Source: an uncultured Acidimicrobiia bacterium (lineage in GTDB: Bacteria > Actinomycetota > Acidimicrobiia > Spongiisociales > UBA5794). Taken from it: a stretch of 64,000 nt of DNA. This document shows, piece after piece, positions 52,282 through 62,108 of the stretch. The stretch spans positions 986,305 through 1,050,304 of the forward strand of contig CAWBYA010000007.1 in the NCBI GenBank assembly GCA_963792895.1, given 5' to 3'. The position numbers and the translations under genes were made by a program. The notes beneath the pieces were generated by a model, which was given only the letters and a program-made list of their open reading frames with translations, did not search any database and was not told the origin of the DNA. Numbering within the stretch: position 1 is the first letter of the stretch; the number at the start of each line of letters is the position of its first letter.

Positions 52282-53244
52282 ATGGGTGTGATCGATTGGC
52301 TGCTCGAAGGTGACCCTGCCATTCGCTGGCAGGTGTTGCGCGATCTCACGGATGCCTCGCCGGACGAGGTCGGCGCCGAGCGAACCCGCGTGGAGCACGA
52401 GGGCTGGGGCGCCCGCCTCCTTGCCGCCGAAGGCGCTGATGGGCTCTGGGACGGTGGCGCTTGCTTCCCGGCGTCCTACACCGGCGGTGAACCGGGTCAG
52501 CCCTGGACGGCAACGATGCACACCCTGCAGACGCTGCAGCTCCTCGGGCTGGACCCGGCTTCGGAACCCGCCCGCCGGGCGATCGCGCTCGTTGCGGAGA
52601 ACGGACGCTGGGAGCATGCCGGGCAGCGCTATTTCGAGGGCGAGGTCGAGCCGTGCATCAACGGCCGGACGATCGAGACCGGGGCGCACTTCGGGGTAGA
52701 TGTGGCGGCGATCGTCGAGCGGATCCTGGGCGAGCGGCTGGAGGATGGTGGCTGGAACTGCGAGGTGGAGAACGGGTCCGTGCGCTCATCCTTCAACACC
52801 ACGATCAACGTGCTCGACGGGCTGGCAGAATTCGAGCGACAGACCGGCGGGTCGGCGGAAGTCGACGCCGCCCGGGTGAGTGGCGAGGAGTATCTGCTCG
52901 AGCGAGGCCTGTTTCGCCGCAAGAGCACGGGTGAGGTCGTCGATCCGGCGTATCTCGACTTCGCGTTCCCGTACTACTGGCATTACGACGTGCTCCGCGC
53001 GCTCGACTACTTCCGAGGTTCGGGGGCGGACCCTGATCGCCGGATGGCGGAGGCCATCGAGTTCGTGCGATCCAAGCGGCAGCCTGACGGCCGCTGGCTG
53101 CTCGACCGCATCCATCCTGGCCGTGTCCACTTCGACCTCGAGGCCGGCGTCGGCGCGCCGAGTCGCTGGAACACCCTCCGCGCGCTCCGCGTGCTCGACT
53201 GGTGGGACCCGGATGCGCGCGCGGCGGCGAACGGGATTCCTTGA
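52282..53244 (+). CDS. alpha/alpha-toroid (prenyltransferase/terpene-cyclase-like repeat) protein
   Basis: Repeated GxWxxG / DGGW-type turns (DGLWDGG, DGGWNCE, DGRWLLD). Weak family-level call. Confidence 0.45.
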   Translation: MGVIDWLLEGDPAIRWQVLRDLTDASPDEVGAERTRVEHEGWGARLLAAEGADGLWDGGACFPASYTGGEPGQPWTATMHTLQTLQLLGLDPASEPARRAIALVAENGRWEHAGQRYFEGEVEPCINGRTIETGAHFGVDVAAIVERILGERLEDGGWNCEVENGSVRSSFNTTINVLDGLAEFERQTGGSAEVDAARVSGEEYLLERGLFRRKSTGEVVDPAYLDFAFPYYWHYDVLRALDYFRGSGADPDRRMAEAIEFVRSKRQPDGRWLLDRIHPGRVHFDLEAGVGAPSRWNTLRALRVLDWWDPDARAAANGIP

Positions 53245-53552
53245 GCGGCGGGCGAGCACCTCGCTCACCCAGCGCCGTCGTGGTCAGCCCCTTGGCACGA
53301 AGCGCACGTTCCGTTCGGCAGCCACAGCGGCCCTGAAGCTGGGCACCTGTGACTTGCTCGCCGGCGCGGCCTCCAACCGTGGCGTTGCGCTTCCTGTTCG
53401 GCAGTGCAAACCGCGGAGGCTCTCTGGTGCGGAGGTTCTGTCCGAGGTCACGTCGGTGGCAGGTGCCGGTGCAACGTGTGCGCGCTCCGAGTGGTGTCAG
53501 AGGAGAGCGCGAGCGCGCAGCCGCGAGCCCTGGGCTGCCGGCGCCTGCATCG

Positions 53553-54212
53553 TCAAGGGTGGTTCATCGATCGAGCGTGGAGCCACGCCGGGTAACCAGC
53601 ATCGCGGCCGAGTCCGCCCAGCAACTCGTGGGGGAGCGGCGACGTGCTGACGAGCGCAGCCATTGCAGCCCGAAGCGTCGCACGGCGAAGGTCTTCCTTC
53701 CCCCAGGCTTCGAACGCAAAGGTCCACGCCTCGAGGTCGCCGACGGTCACTGCGGCGAGTTCGACCTCGCACCCGTTTGTCGACAGGTCCGGACGATCCG
53801 TCACGCTCAGTGGGCCTTCGGCGTACCGGTGATAGCTCCGGGTCCGGACGAGTTTCCCGACATCGACCCACGAGCCCCCTGATGGTGCGTGCTCCTCGGC
53901 GAGGGGCGAGATCTTGCACCACTCTTCGATCTGGCCGCGCAGGCCGACATCGAGCACGATCGTATCGCTTGCATCGCAGCGGACCTTCAACTCCAGCGGT
54001 CCGTTGCCGCGGCGTTTGAGGCCGAGGTCGGGCGGTCCGTCGACCCAGTACCGGTCGGAGCGAATCTCAACCGATGTCGGGCCGGCCGCAAACCAGGAGA
54101 CGAGTGAAGGCGGCAATGGGCCGTCCCCAAACCATCGCACCTCGCTCGTGGCGAAGCGGGCCTCGGGCGCCGACACGCGCAGCGCGTCCGTACAGGAGCC
54201 GATCTCGGCAAC
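53553..54212 (-). CDS. hypothetical protein
   Basis: About 219-aa ORF with good codon bias. The longer track ORF upstream looks non-coding. Confidence 0.35.
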   Translation of the reverse strand, partial: VAEIGSCTDALRVSAPEARFATSEVRWFGDGPLPPSLVSWFAAGPTSVEIRSDRYWVDGPPDLGLKRRGNGPLELKVRCDASDTIVLDVGLRGQIEEWCKISPLAEEHAPSGGSWVDVGKLVRTRSYHRYAEGPLSVTDRPDLSTNGCEVELAAVTVGDLEAWTFAFEAWGKEDLRRATLRAAMAALVSTSPLPHELLGGLGRDAGYPAWLHARSMNHP

Positions 54213-54553
54213 GTCAGGCGACGGCAGAGCGTGCGCATACATGGAACGTCGAGCGTAGGTCGCCCGGGTTGTTCCGCGCAATAGGACGCCAGGGTTTCGA
54301 CGATGCCGGCGCACACCGCCAACTGGAAGGCGACAAGGGGCCGCCCGGGTCACCGACGTGTGGGTTGTGTGAGGTCGGCGCAGCGGCGACATCGATGTCC
54401 GAGCGCCGCCGGGAGCGCTCGTCCATCTCGACGCCGCACGCATCTCCTGACGTCGCGAATCCACATGAAGCGGCAATCGCCTCTGGTCCGCTGCTTTGCG
54501 ATCGGCGATGATTGGCGGTGGCCGGCCAATGAGCTTTCGAAGAGGGGTCGCAG

Positions 54554-55366
54554 ATGAAGAAGCTCGCTGTTGTCCTGATCCACGGTATGGGCTCGCAAAC
54601 CACAGCATTCGCTGCACCAACGATTGCCGAGTTGACGCAACGTATCAGCGATGCCGGCCACGACGCCGACGACGTGGCATGGCAGTCGATCTACTGGGCG
54701 GACATCCTCCAACACCGGAAGGAGCAGTTCCTCGAAGACACCCTGGCCGTCAACGACCTCGACTATCTCGGTTTGCGCAAGTTCGTAGTGAAGTCGCTCG
54801 GCGACGCCGCCGCCTACCAGTACACCACAGGTCCCAGCGCGACGTACGCCACCATTCACGATCGGGTTCGCGGGCTCGTCCACCAGCTGTACGAGAACCA
54901 GCTCGGATCCCAACCCGTTCCCCTGGTCGTGCTGGCGCACTCGCTCGGTTCCCACGTCATGTCGAGCTACGTCTGGGACACGCAACACCAACTCCCGACA
55001 GGCGCCGACCCGGGTGCGCCGGGTTTCGAGAGGATGGAGTGGCTCGCCGGGATGGTCACCTTTGGGTCCAACATCCCCCTGTTCACCTTTGCCTACGACC
55101 CTGTTGTCGCGATCCGCTTCCCGGGCAACGACCTCCCCGCAGACGTCGCCGCCAAGGCGCGGTGGATCAACTACTACGACAAGGACGACGTCCTGGCCTA
55201 TCCACTGAAGCAGGTGAGTCCCAGCTACGGCGCCGTAGTGGACGAGGACCGGCAGATCAACGTCGGGGGATTCGGAGCTTCGGCCACGCCGCTGTCCCAC
55301 GGCGCCTACTGGACCGACAACGACTTCACGAAGCCCGTCGCGGCACTCTTGATGACCTTCCTGTAG
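54554..55366 (+). CDS. alpha/beta-hydrolase (lipase-like)
   Basis: MKKLAVVLIHGMGSQ (oxyanion region) and VLAHSLGSHV (GxSxG nucleophile elbow). Confidence 0.7.
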   Translation: MKKLAVVLIHGMGSQTTAFAAPTIAELTQRISDAGHDADDVAWQSIYWADILQHRKEQFLEDTLAVNDLDYLGLRKFVVKSLGDAAAYQYTTGPSATYATIHDRVRGLVHQLYENQLGSQPVPLVVLAHSLGSHVMSSYVWDTQHQLPTGADPGAPGFERMEWLAGMVTFGSNIPLFTFAYDPVVAIRFPGNDLPADVAAKARWINYYDKDDVLAYPLKQVSPSYGAVVDEDRQINVGGFGASATPLSHGAYWTDNDFTKPVAALLMTFL

Positions 55367-55392
55367 CCAGGAGCGGCACTTCGGAGTTCACG

Positions 55393-57381
55393 TCATGGCC
55401 GGTTGGTGAGGACGAGTGTGGTGGTCGGCGTGAGGTCGCGGATCTCGACGAAGGCGGTTCCCGACACGTCGTGACGGACGGGGAGGGTTGAGCCGACCGG
55501 ATGGGCGCCGGCGTTGGTCGTGCCCCCGATCGTCTCTGCGGTGTTGGCGACCACGAGGAACTCTGCGTTGGCGGCTCCGTTCAGGCTGTTGTCGACGACG
55601 AGGTCGCCGCCGCGTGGTGCTGTGCCATGAGGATTGGCGACGCACAACGCCTCCTCGTCGTCGAGGATCCGCGACCAGGCCACGATCTCGCCGGCGCCGT
55701 GGTGGGCGAAGGGCCGGTCGGGGAGGCGGAAGGGTCGAGGGTATTGCCTGCCGTAGCGCAGCACAGGGAAGTCGCGGCGCACCCCGGCAAGCGCGGCGAT
55801 GCTGCGATACACGTCGTGCGTCTCGTCGAAGACGTGGCGACCGGAAGTGCCGAATGGCCCGAACCCGGGCAGGTCGGGATCACGGCCCAGTTCGCCGTCG
55901 ATGAGCCCGCTGCGACCAGAGCGGCGGGGATGTTCGGGACCGAACATGGCTTCACGCAGGTAGCGGTCCGATCCTTTCCAGCTCGGCAGCCATTCGCGCT
56001 GTGCGGGCTCAGGTCCGGCGAGGGCCTGTTCGGTGCCGTAGTACATGCAGGGAATCCCGAGCGTGAAGAGCTGCAGTGCAACCGCGGGGATCACCTGCTC
56101 GGGCGACGTGGCCTCGGCGGCATACCGGATCTTGTCGCCGAACACGTGGTCGTGGTCGTCGAGGATCGAGATGTGCTTGTCTCCCAGGTTGCGGTGCGAG
56201 CCCATCTCGGTTCCAGGGTTGAAGCCGTCGAAGTAGGCGCTCGGGTCGGCGAGACCCTTGGCGACCAGGTTGAGGCTCGGCCGCATGCCGCCGATGTCGA
56301 GGGCGGCATCGAGGTTGCGGCCCAGAACATCGAGGTAGAAGCGTTGCGCGAGGTCGCCGCCGGCGATCTCGCCGATGAGGAGGAAGTTCGCCTTGCCGAG
56401 GTTGGCGGCGAACTCCTTGATGCTCCCGCAGAAGTTGCGGGCTTGTTCGAAGGAGACGTGCTTCACCGTATCGATGCGGAACCCGTCGCAGTCGGTGAGC
56501 GCGATCCAATACTTGTAACACGCGGCGAGATGCGTCAAGACGTCTGGCTCGGTGAGGTTGAAGTCGCGGAGCACCTCGAAATCGGTGCGCTTGTGCTCGG
56601 CCTCGGGTTCGGCGAGGTCGCCGGCGCCGAGGTTGCCACGCCCGGCCCGCGTGTAGTCGTCCGGGTCCTGCAGGTCGGCCGGCCACACGCCGTCCTCGCT
56701 GGTTGCGATTGCGGCGATCGGATCGCCGGAGCCGTCGCGCCAGGCACCGAAGCCGTAGCGACCCGACGTGTAGTGCGGCGCCATCTCCCCGCCCGGGGTC
56801 CCTGCGGGGTACAGCCAGTTGGGGCCGGAGTGGTTGAAGATCACGTCGAGGATGATGCGGAGCCCGGCGTCGTGTGCCACGGACACCAGGTCCACGAGTT
56901 CCCGCCGGTTGCCGAAGCGGGGGTCCACGTCGAGGAAGTCCTGGACGCCGTAGCCGTGGTACGAGTTCTCGTGTCCCCGCTGCTTGAACACCGGGCTCAG
57001 CCACAACGTGGTGACACCGAGGTCGCGCAGGTAGCCGATCTTCGACGCCACCCCCTCGAGCGTGCCTCCTTGCCACCGGTCGGCTCCCGACTCCGCCCAC
57101 CGGTCCCAGCGCCACTCTGCGGGGCGAGCGGCTGCCGGGTCGTGGCGGTCGAGCAGCGGCCGGGTGTGCTCCCGTCCGTCGCTGAAGCGATCGACCAGCA
57201 GGAAGTACAACACCTCGTCCCGCCAGTCGACGGGCGAGGGAAAGCGTGCCGTGCGGCGGGGGAGCGCCACCTCGTCGAGCCGTGACGGGCGGGGCCGACC
57301 CAGCGTCTCGTCGATGAACGTCACCGTGTCCTCCTCTGCCCGGGCACTGCCGCGATCACGTCGGCGACGATCGCCCAACAC
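55393..57381 (-). CDS. GH13 alpha-amylase family protein
   Basis: GH13 regions I-IV (ILDVIFNHSG; GFRIDTVKHV; GEIAGG; ILDDHD). Confidence 0.85.
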   Translation of the reverse strand: MLGDRRRRDRGSARAEEDTVTFIDETLGRPRPSRLDEVALPRRTARFPSPVDWRDEVLYFLLVDRFSDGREHTRPLLDRHDPAAARPAEWRWDRWAESGADRWQGGTLEGVASKIGYLRDLGVTTLWLSPVFKQRGHENSYHGYGVQDFLDVDPRFGNRRELVDLVSVAHDAGLRIILDVIFNHSGPNWLYPAGTPGGEMAPHYTSGRYGFGAWRDGSGDPIAAIATSEDGVWPADLQDPDDYTRAGRGNLGAGDLAEPEAEHKRTDFEVLRDFNLTEPDVLTHLAACYKYWIALTDCDGFRIDTVKHVSFEQARNFCGSIKEFAANLGKANFLLIGEIAGGDLAQRFYLDVLGRNLDAALDIGGMRPSLNLVAKGLADPSAYFDGFNPGTEMGSHRNLGDKHISILDDHDHVFGDKIRYAAEATSPEQVIPAVALQLFTLGIPCMYYGTEQALAGPEPAQREWLPSWKGSDRYLREAMFGPEHPRRSGRSGLIDGELGRDPDLPGFGPFGTSGRHVFDETHDVYRSIAALAGVRRDFPVLRYGRQYPRPFRLPDRPFAHHGAGEIVAWSRILDDEEALCVANPHGTAPRGGDLVVDNSLNGAANAEFLVVANTAETIGGTTNAGAHPVGSTLPVRHDVSGTAFVEIRDLTPTTTLVLTNRP

Positions 57382-57604
57382 CGGTCACACGCAGCGCTGT
57401 GCGTCAAGGTACTCGGCGTACTGGCTTCTCCCTTCCGTTCTGGCTTCCCCTCCCGTCGATTCGAGGGAAGGACGGAGGAGCCTCAAGGAGCGAAGGAAGA
57501 GTGGATGAGTCCGACGTCTCGCCCACCGCACCGCAACGGCGTTGTGGTGTTGCGCCTCACTTGGGGAACCGCCGTCACCAGCGGTGGTGGGCGACCGCTT
57601 GGCG

Positions 57605-58396
57605 TCAGCGCCGCTCGAGGCGGCGGACCCGCTTCGATGCCTTCTTCTTGATCTTGGCGTAGGAGGGTGGCGCACCGCGCTGGAGCCGCTTGCCGTCGAG
57701 GAAGACATCGTCGGCGTGGCCGTGTCGGCGCATGACGGCCGGATCGCTGGTGTCGATCGACACGAAAGCGACCGGCGGACCCAGTTCTTCGGCAACGCGC
57801 TTCGCCCGTTCGTAGACGAGGTTCATCGCCGGACACCAGCCGCTCATGAATGCGGTCATCGTCACCTGACCATCCGTCGTGGCGGGTTTCGGCCCGGGGG
57901 CGATCCACTTCGGAGCCTCGGCGTCGGGACTGAACGGTTTCCACACCAGTTCCCGGCCCCCCACTCGTTGGGCGGTCTCGTAGCCGTGCTTCTTGAACCA
58001 CGAGGCCTTCATCCAGAACGGGAGGGTGACGCCCCAGGCGGCCAGCCCCTTCGCGCCGAGTCGCTCCGCGTCCTGTTCGGCGGCGGCCAGCAGCGCAGAC
58101 CCGATGCCGTGGCCTTGCTGCTTGCCGACTCCTTGGCGGTACCCGTGGACCCAGATGCAGAGCACCATGTAGAGGTCGTGGCCATCGGCGATCGACACCT
58201 CGATGGGGAGGTAGTGGATCATGCCCACAGCGCGCCGCTCTTCGTCTACCGCCATCTTCACCCGGAGGCCCCGACCCTGCATCGTCTCGTACCACCGCGC
58301 CTTGTGGTCTCCTGCCTCTTGCATCTCGTCCGACCATTCCTCGAGGCAGTTGAGATAGCTCGAGAGGTGCTCGTCGGACAGATCGACGATCTCCAT
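57605..58396 (-). CDS. GNAT acetyltransferase with C-terminal uncharacterised domain
   Basis: MEIVDLSDEHLSSYLNCLEEW...MVLCIWVHGYRQGVGKQQGHGIGSALLAAAEQDAERLGAKGLAAWG. Confidence 0.6.
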   Translation of the reverse strand: MEIVDLSDEHLSSYLNCLEEWSDEMQEAGDHKARWYETMQGRGLRVKMAVDEERRAVGMIHYLPIEVSIADGHDLYMVLCIWVHGYRQGVGKQQGHGIGSALLAAAEQDAERLGAKGLAAWGVTLPFWMKASWFKKHGYETAQRVGGRELVWKPFSPDAEAPKWIAPGPKPATTDGQVTMTAFMSGWCPAMNLVYERAKRVAEELGPPVAFVSIDTSDPAVMRRHGHADDVFLDGKRLQRGAPPSYAKIKKKASKRVRRLERR

Positions 58397-58515
58397 GCTT
58401 CCTCCATCGGTGCCGTTTCCCGATTGTCCGGCCGCGAGCGGAGAGACGGCCAGGGCTGAAGGGCACATTCTCGAGCGGGTAGGGGCCGGCACCCTCTGTC
58501 GGCGCGAGCCGTCGC

Positions 58516-59274
58516 TCATGACACGGCGCGGGTCTCCTGCGTGCCGCCACGCAGGAGGAGCCACAGACCGAACCATCCTTCGGCGACGACCGACGGCACG
58601 GCAACGATCGCGGTGAACAGCGTCGCATGGTCGCTGTAGTTGCCGAGCATGGCGTGAGCGACGGTGTCGAAGACATAGGCGGCACCTGCGATCGCCAGCA
58701 CGAAGCCGAGCGCCCGCGGCATGTACCCGGAGGTGATCGCGAGGTAGCCGAGCAGGATCAGGTGGAGGCCGAAGCCTGCCAGTCCGATCAGCCACGTTGC
58801 GTTGAACGTGTCGAGAGCGACCAGCGCCTGGGCGTTCACTTGTTGTGCCTCGAATGCGTTGAGAAAGCCGGCGCCGCTGAGCAACTGAAGGGCTTGCAGG
58901 AAGAACACGATGGCGACACCGAGGAAGACCGTGTAGACGATCCTGAACCAGGCGGCCAGCAGTGAGAGGTCTCGGTTGACGCTCCTGAAGACGATGTACA
59001 GCGCCCAGGCGACCACGACATCCAACAAGAAGATGACGAGGAAGCTGACCAGACCCAGCCGGAACAGTCCCTCCGATTCGGCGATGTTCGCTGCGGTGGC
59101 TGTCGCGTCGCCGGCAACGACGAGGCCCTCACGGACGAAGAAGTTCGCAAAGATGGCGAGGGCGAAGAGGATCACGTAGCCGACACCGGCGACCAGCGCG
59201 GCTCGTCGTGGCGAGGTGTCGGCTGTCGTTGGCGCCTTGTCTGGTCTCGTGGCGGTGGGTGCGGTGGTGGTCAT
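58516..59274 (-). CDS. DUF4386 family membrane protein
   Basis: Multi-TM protein (ALVAGVGYVILFALAIFANFFV...) resembling DUF4386. Lies downstream of the TetR operator palindromes. Confidence 0.55.
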   Translation of the reverse strand: MTTTAPTATRPDKAPTTADTSPRRAALVAGVGYVILFALAIFANFFVREGLVVAGDATATAANIAESEGLFRLGLVSFLVIFLLDVVVAWALYIVFRSVNRDLSLLAAWFRIVYTVFLGVAIVFFLQALQLLSGAGFLNAFEAQQVNAQALVALDTFNATWLIGLAGFGLHLILLGYLAITSGYMPRALGFVLAIAGAAYVFDTVAHAMLGNYSDHATLFTAIVAVPSVVAEGWFGLWLLLRGGTQETRAVS

Positions 59275-59323
59275 GCCGTCTCCTTCTCGTATGGCCCCGG
59301 TTCGGTGTTCTCCGGCGCGCTGC

Positions 59324-59369
59324 CCGTACTTAGTACGGTTGACGGAGAACGTACCCGTACTAAGTACGG
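59324..59369. promoter_or_regulatory. two 15-bp palindromes CCGTACT(T/A)AGTACGG, putative TetR operators upstream of the DUF4386 gene
   Basis: Direct reading; the same core CGTACTAAGTACG recurs at 60098..60147. Confidence 0.5.
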
Positions 59370-59421
59370 TTGTCAAGGGTCGTCGAGTGCGAGGCGTCCG
59401 TGCGCCGCTAACTGCGTCGGC

Positions 59422-60078
59422 TCAGGAGCTGCTGCGCGTTGCCTCGTCCAGCCCGTCGATGATGAGGTCGAGCCCGAACTCGAAGGAGTTGCCGAAGTGG
59501 TACCCGGGCTTGAGGACGTGCTCGGTTGTGAACTCTGCCAGGTTGGGGTAGGCCTCGAAGAGCGCTGTCATCTCCTCGGCCAAACCGACGATCTCCTCGC
59601 CGCCGCCTCCCGGGAGATTGGCTTCCTCCAAGGCGAAGCCATAGACGTAGCTGTCGAGGATGGCGTATGCATGGGCGGTCAGGGCGATCGAGAGCCCACC
59701 GCGCCGGAAGCAACCCAGGACCGCGTCGTGATGGCGGAGCGTCGCCGGGCCTGGAGTAGTCCTCGACTCCATGAGGGGAGGAGCCCACGGGTGACGGGTG
59801 AGGACCTCTCTCGCCGACACGCATCGAGTGCGGATCGCCGACTTCCAATCGGTGTCCGGCGGTGGGAGCTCGATCTCGCTGAACACGATGTCGACCATGC
59901 CGTCGATGATCTGCTCTTTGGATGCCACATGGTGATAGATGGTCATCGGGCTGACATCCAGCGCTGCGGAGAGCTTTCGTATGGTGAATGCTTCAATCCC
60001 GATCTCGTCGGCGAGCTCTACGGCTCCCGCCAGCACGCGGTCGCGGGTGAGGGTCGATCGTTCCGTGTCGTTGGTCAT
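59422..60078 (-). CDS. TetR family transcriptional regulator
   Basis: N-terminal TetR HTH (RDRVLAGAVELADEIGIEAFTIRKLSAALDVSPMTIYHHVASKEQI). Confidence 0.85.
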   Translation of the reverse strand: MTNDTERSTLTRDRVLAGAVELADEIGIEAFTIRKLSAALDVSPMTIYHHVASKEQIIDGMVDIVFSEIELPPPDTDWKSAIRTRCVSAREVLTRHPWAPPLMESRTTPGPATLRHHDAVLGCFRRGGLSIALTAHAYAILDSYVYGFALEEANLPGGGGEEIVGLAEEMTALFEAYPNLAEFTTEHVLKPGYHFGNSFEFGLDLIIDGLDEATRSSS

Positions 60079-60097
60079 CGGTGCTCCTGTTGACAGG

Positions 60098-60147
60098 TCG
60101 TACTAAGTACGATACGGTTCCCACCCTACTACTCGTACTAAGTACGA
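60098..60147. promoter_or_regulatory. two identical 15-bp palindromes TCGTACTAAGTACGA in the divergent tetR/oxidoreductase intergenic region
   Basis: Direct reading: 60098-60112 and 60133-60147. Confidence 0.5.
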
Positions 60148-60173
60148 TCGTAATCATTCGAGAGGAGCCGGAG

Positions 60174-61208
60174 ATGAGTGAGAGAACCATGCAGCAGGCG
60201 ATGAGCGAACACGATCTGGGACGAGGAGCCGCGATGCGGGCGGTCGTGCAGCGTGCCTACGGGTCGAGCAGCACGCTCGAGGTGCGTGACATCGCCCGTC
60301 CAGACATCGGGCCCGAGGAGGTGTTGATCGAGGTCCATGCAGCCGGTGTCGACCGGGGCGTGTGGCACCTGATGACGGGGACGCCATACCTCGTGCGAGT
60401 GATGGGCTATGGAGTGAGACGACCCAAGAACCCGGTGCCCGGCGCAGACGTGGCGGGCCGGGTCGTGGCCGTTGGCGACTCGGTGCGGCGGTTCGCCGTT
60501 GGCGATGAGGTGTTCGGTATCGCCCGCGGGTCGTATGCGGAGTACGCCGTCGCCGAGCAGAGCAAGCTGGCCAAGAAGCCGGAGTCGATTCCTTTCGACC
60601 AGGCGGCGGTCGCCTCGGTCTCCGGTATCACGGCTCTTCAGGCGCTCACCGATGTCGGCAGGGTCGAGCCCGGTCAGCGCATGCTGGTGATCGGCGCGTC
60701 CGGCGGAGTGGGTGGCTACGCGGTCCAGCTCGGCAAAGCGCTCGGCGCCCGGATCACCGGCGTTGCCAGCGGCGCCAAGGCCGACCTGGTGCGTTCGCTC
60801 GGCGCCGACGACGTGATCGACTACGGCGCCACCGACTACCTGGACGGATCGGCTCGCTACGACCTGATCGTCGACACCGGCGGCCGCAACCCGCTCCGGA
60901 AGCTGCGCCGGGCCCTCACGAAGAACGGCACACTGGTCATCGTCGGTGGCGAGGGCGGAGGCCGCTGGACCGGCGGGATCGGCCGCCAACTCAGAGCGGC
61001 GCTGCTCTCACCGTTCGTCGCTCAACGGCTCACGATGTTCATCAGTGAGGAGCACTTCAGCCACATCGAACGCCTTGCCGGCTACATGGACCGTGGCGAT
61101 GTGGTCCCACCGGTGGGACGCACGTATCGCCTCGATCAGGTGCCGGCCGCCATCGACGATCTCGAGGCCGGACGGGCGCGAGGCAAGTCCGTCGTCGTGA
61201 TGCGCTGA
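60174..61208 (+). CDS. MDR-superfamily NAD(P)H quinone oxidoreductase (zinc-type ADH fold)
   Basis: MRAVVQRAYGSSSTLEV...GVWHLMTGTPYLVRVMGYG...GASGGVGGYAVQLGK (Rossmann GxGxxG). Confidence 0.8.
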   Translation: MSERTMQQAMSEHDLGRGAAMRAVVQRAYGSSSTLEVRDIARPDIGPEEVLIEVHAAGVDRGVWHLMTGTPYLVRVMGYGVRRPKNPVPGADVAGRVVAVGDSVRRFAVGDEVFGIARGSYAEYAVAEQSKLAKKPESIPFDQAAVASVSGITALQALTDVGRVEPGQRMLVIGASGGVGGYAVQLGKALGARITGVASGAKADLVRSLGADDVIDYGATDYLDGSARYDLIVDTGGRNPLRKLRRALTKNGTLVIVGGEGGGRWTGGIGRQLRAALLSPFVAQRLTMFISEEHFSHIERLAGYMDRGDVVPPVGRTYRLDQVPAAIDDLEAGRARGKSVVVMR

Positions 61209-61257
61209 AGGCCCCAATCTGCGAGCGTCGACGGCGCCTCGGCCGAGGTCATCGAGC

Positions 61258-61959
61258 TCACCCCTTGGTGCGGCGGCTCTCCAGGCCGTCGAGCATGAGA
61301 TCGAGGCCGAACTCGAACTCGGTCTGGTCGTCGCACCAGCCCAGCGTGGTGTCGGGCCCCTCGTGGACGACGTCTTCCAGCATCCCCACGATGTATGGGA
61401 TGTGCGCGGCCAGGTCTTCGAGCATGGCCACGCCCTCGTCCTCGTCGCTTCCCTCGTCCGGGGCGAACAGCTCCTGGCTGAACCCGAGCGCTCGGCTGCC
61501 CAGCGCATGCATGGCGTGGTGGCCGAGATCGTACGAGAACCCACCTTCGATGAGGATGCCGAGCAGCGTGTCCATGTACCGCAGGAGTGTTGGGGTCATC
61601 GTCGTCCGCGTCTCGATCACGGCGGGCGCCCACTTGTGGCGAAGCATCACCTTGCGAGCCGTGAGGATGCGGTTGCGGAGCACGGGGAGCCAGTCGGTCT
61701 CGCCCTTCACGACGTCCAAGCCACCGAGCTCCTGCTCGACCTCTCCGATGACCGTGTCGACGACGCCGTCGAGGAGGGCTTCCTTGTTGGCGACGTGGTA
61801 GTAGAGCGACATCGCCTCGACGCCGAGCTCGTGGGCGAGGTTGCGCATCGTGAGCGCCTCGATGCCCTTCTCGTCGGCGAGTGCGATGGCAGCGCGCAGC
61901 ACCCTGTCCTTGCTCAGGGGAATGCGGGGCTCTGTGCTTGGCTCGGCTTCTGAGACCAT
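61258..61959 (-). CDS. TetR family transcriptional regulator
   Basis: RIPLSKDRVLRAAIALADEKGIEALTMRNLAHELGVEAMSLYYHVANKEAL. Confidence 0.85.
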   Translation of the reverse strand: MVSEAEPSTEPRIPLSKDRVLRAAIALADEKGIEALTMRNLAHELGVEAMSLYYHVANKEALLDGVVDTVIGEVEQELGGLDVVKGETDWLPVLRNRILTARKVMLRHKWAPAVIETRTTMTPTLLRYMDTLLGILIEGGFSYDLGHHAMHALGSRALGFSQELFAPDEGSDEDEGVAMLEDLAAHIPYIVGMLEDVVHEGPDTTLGWCDDQTEFEFGLDLMLDGLESRRTKG

Positions 61960-62108
61960 CTGCACCTCGACGCTGTTGCCGCGCATCGTACCGTACGAGG
62001 TAAGGGTTGACAGTCTTACGCCGTATGATTACCTTACAACGTATGGAGAAGCCGATCGAGGGAGAGACATTCGTGAGCACGCGACCGACCGGAACCGAGG
62101 GGACGGAC

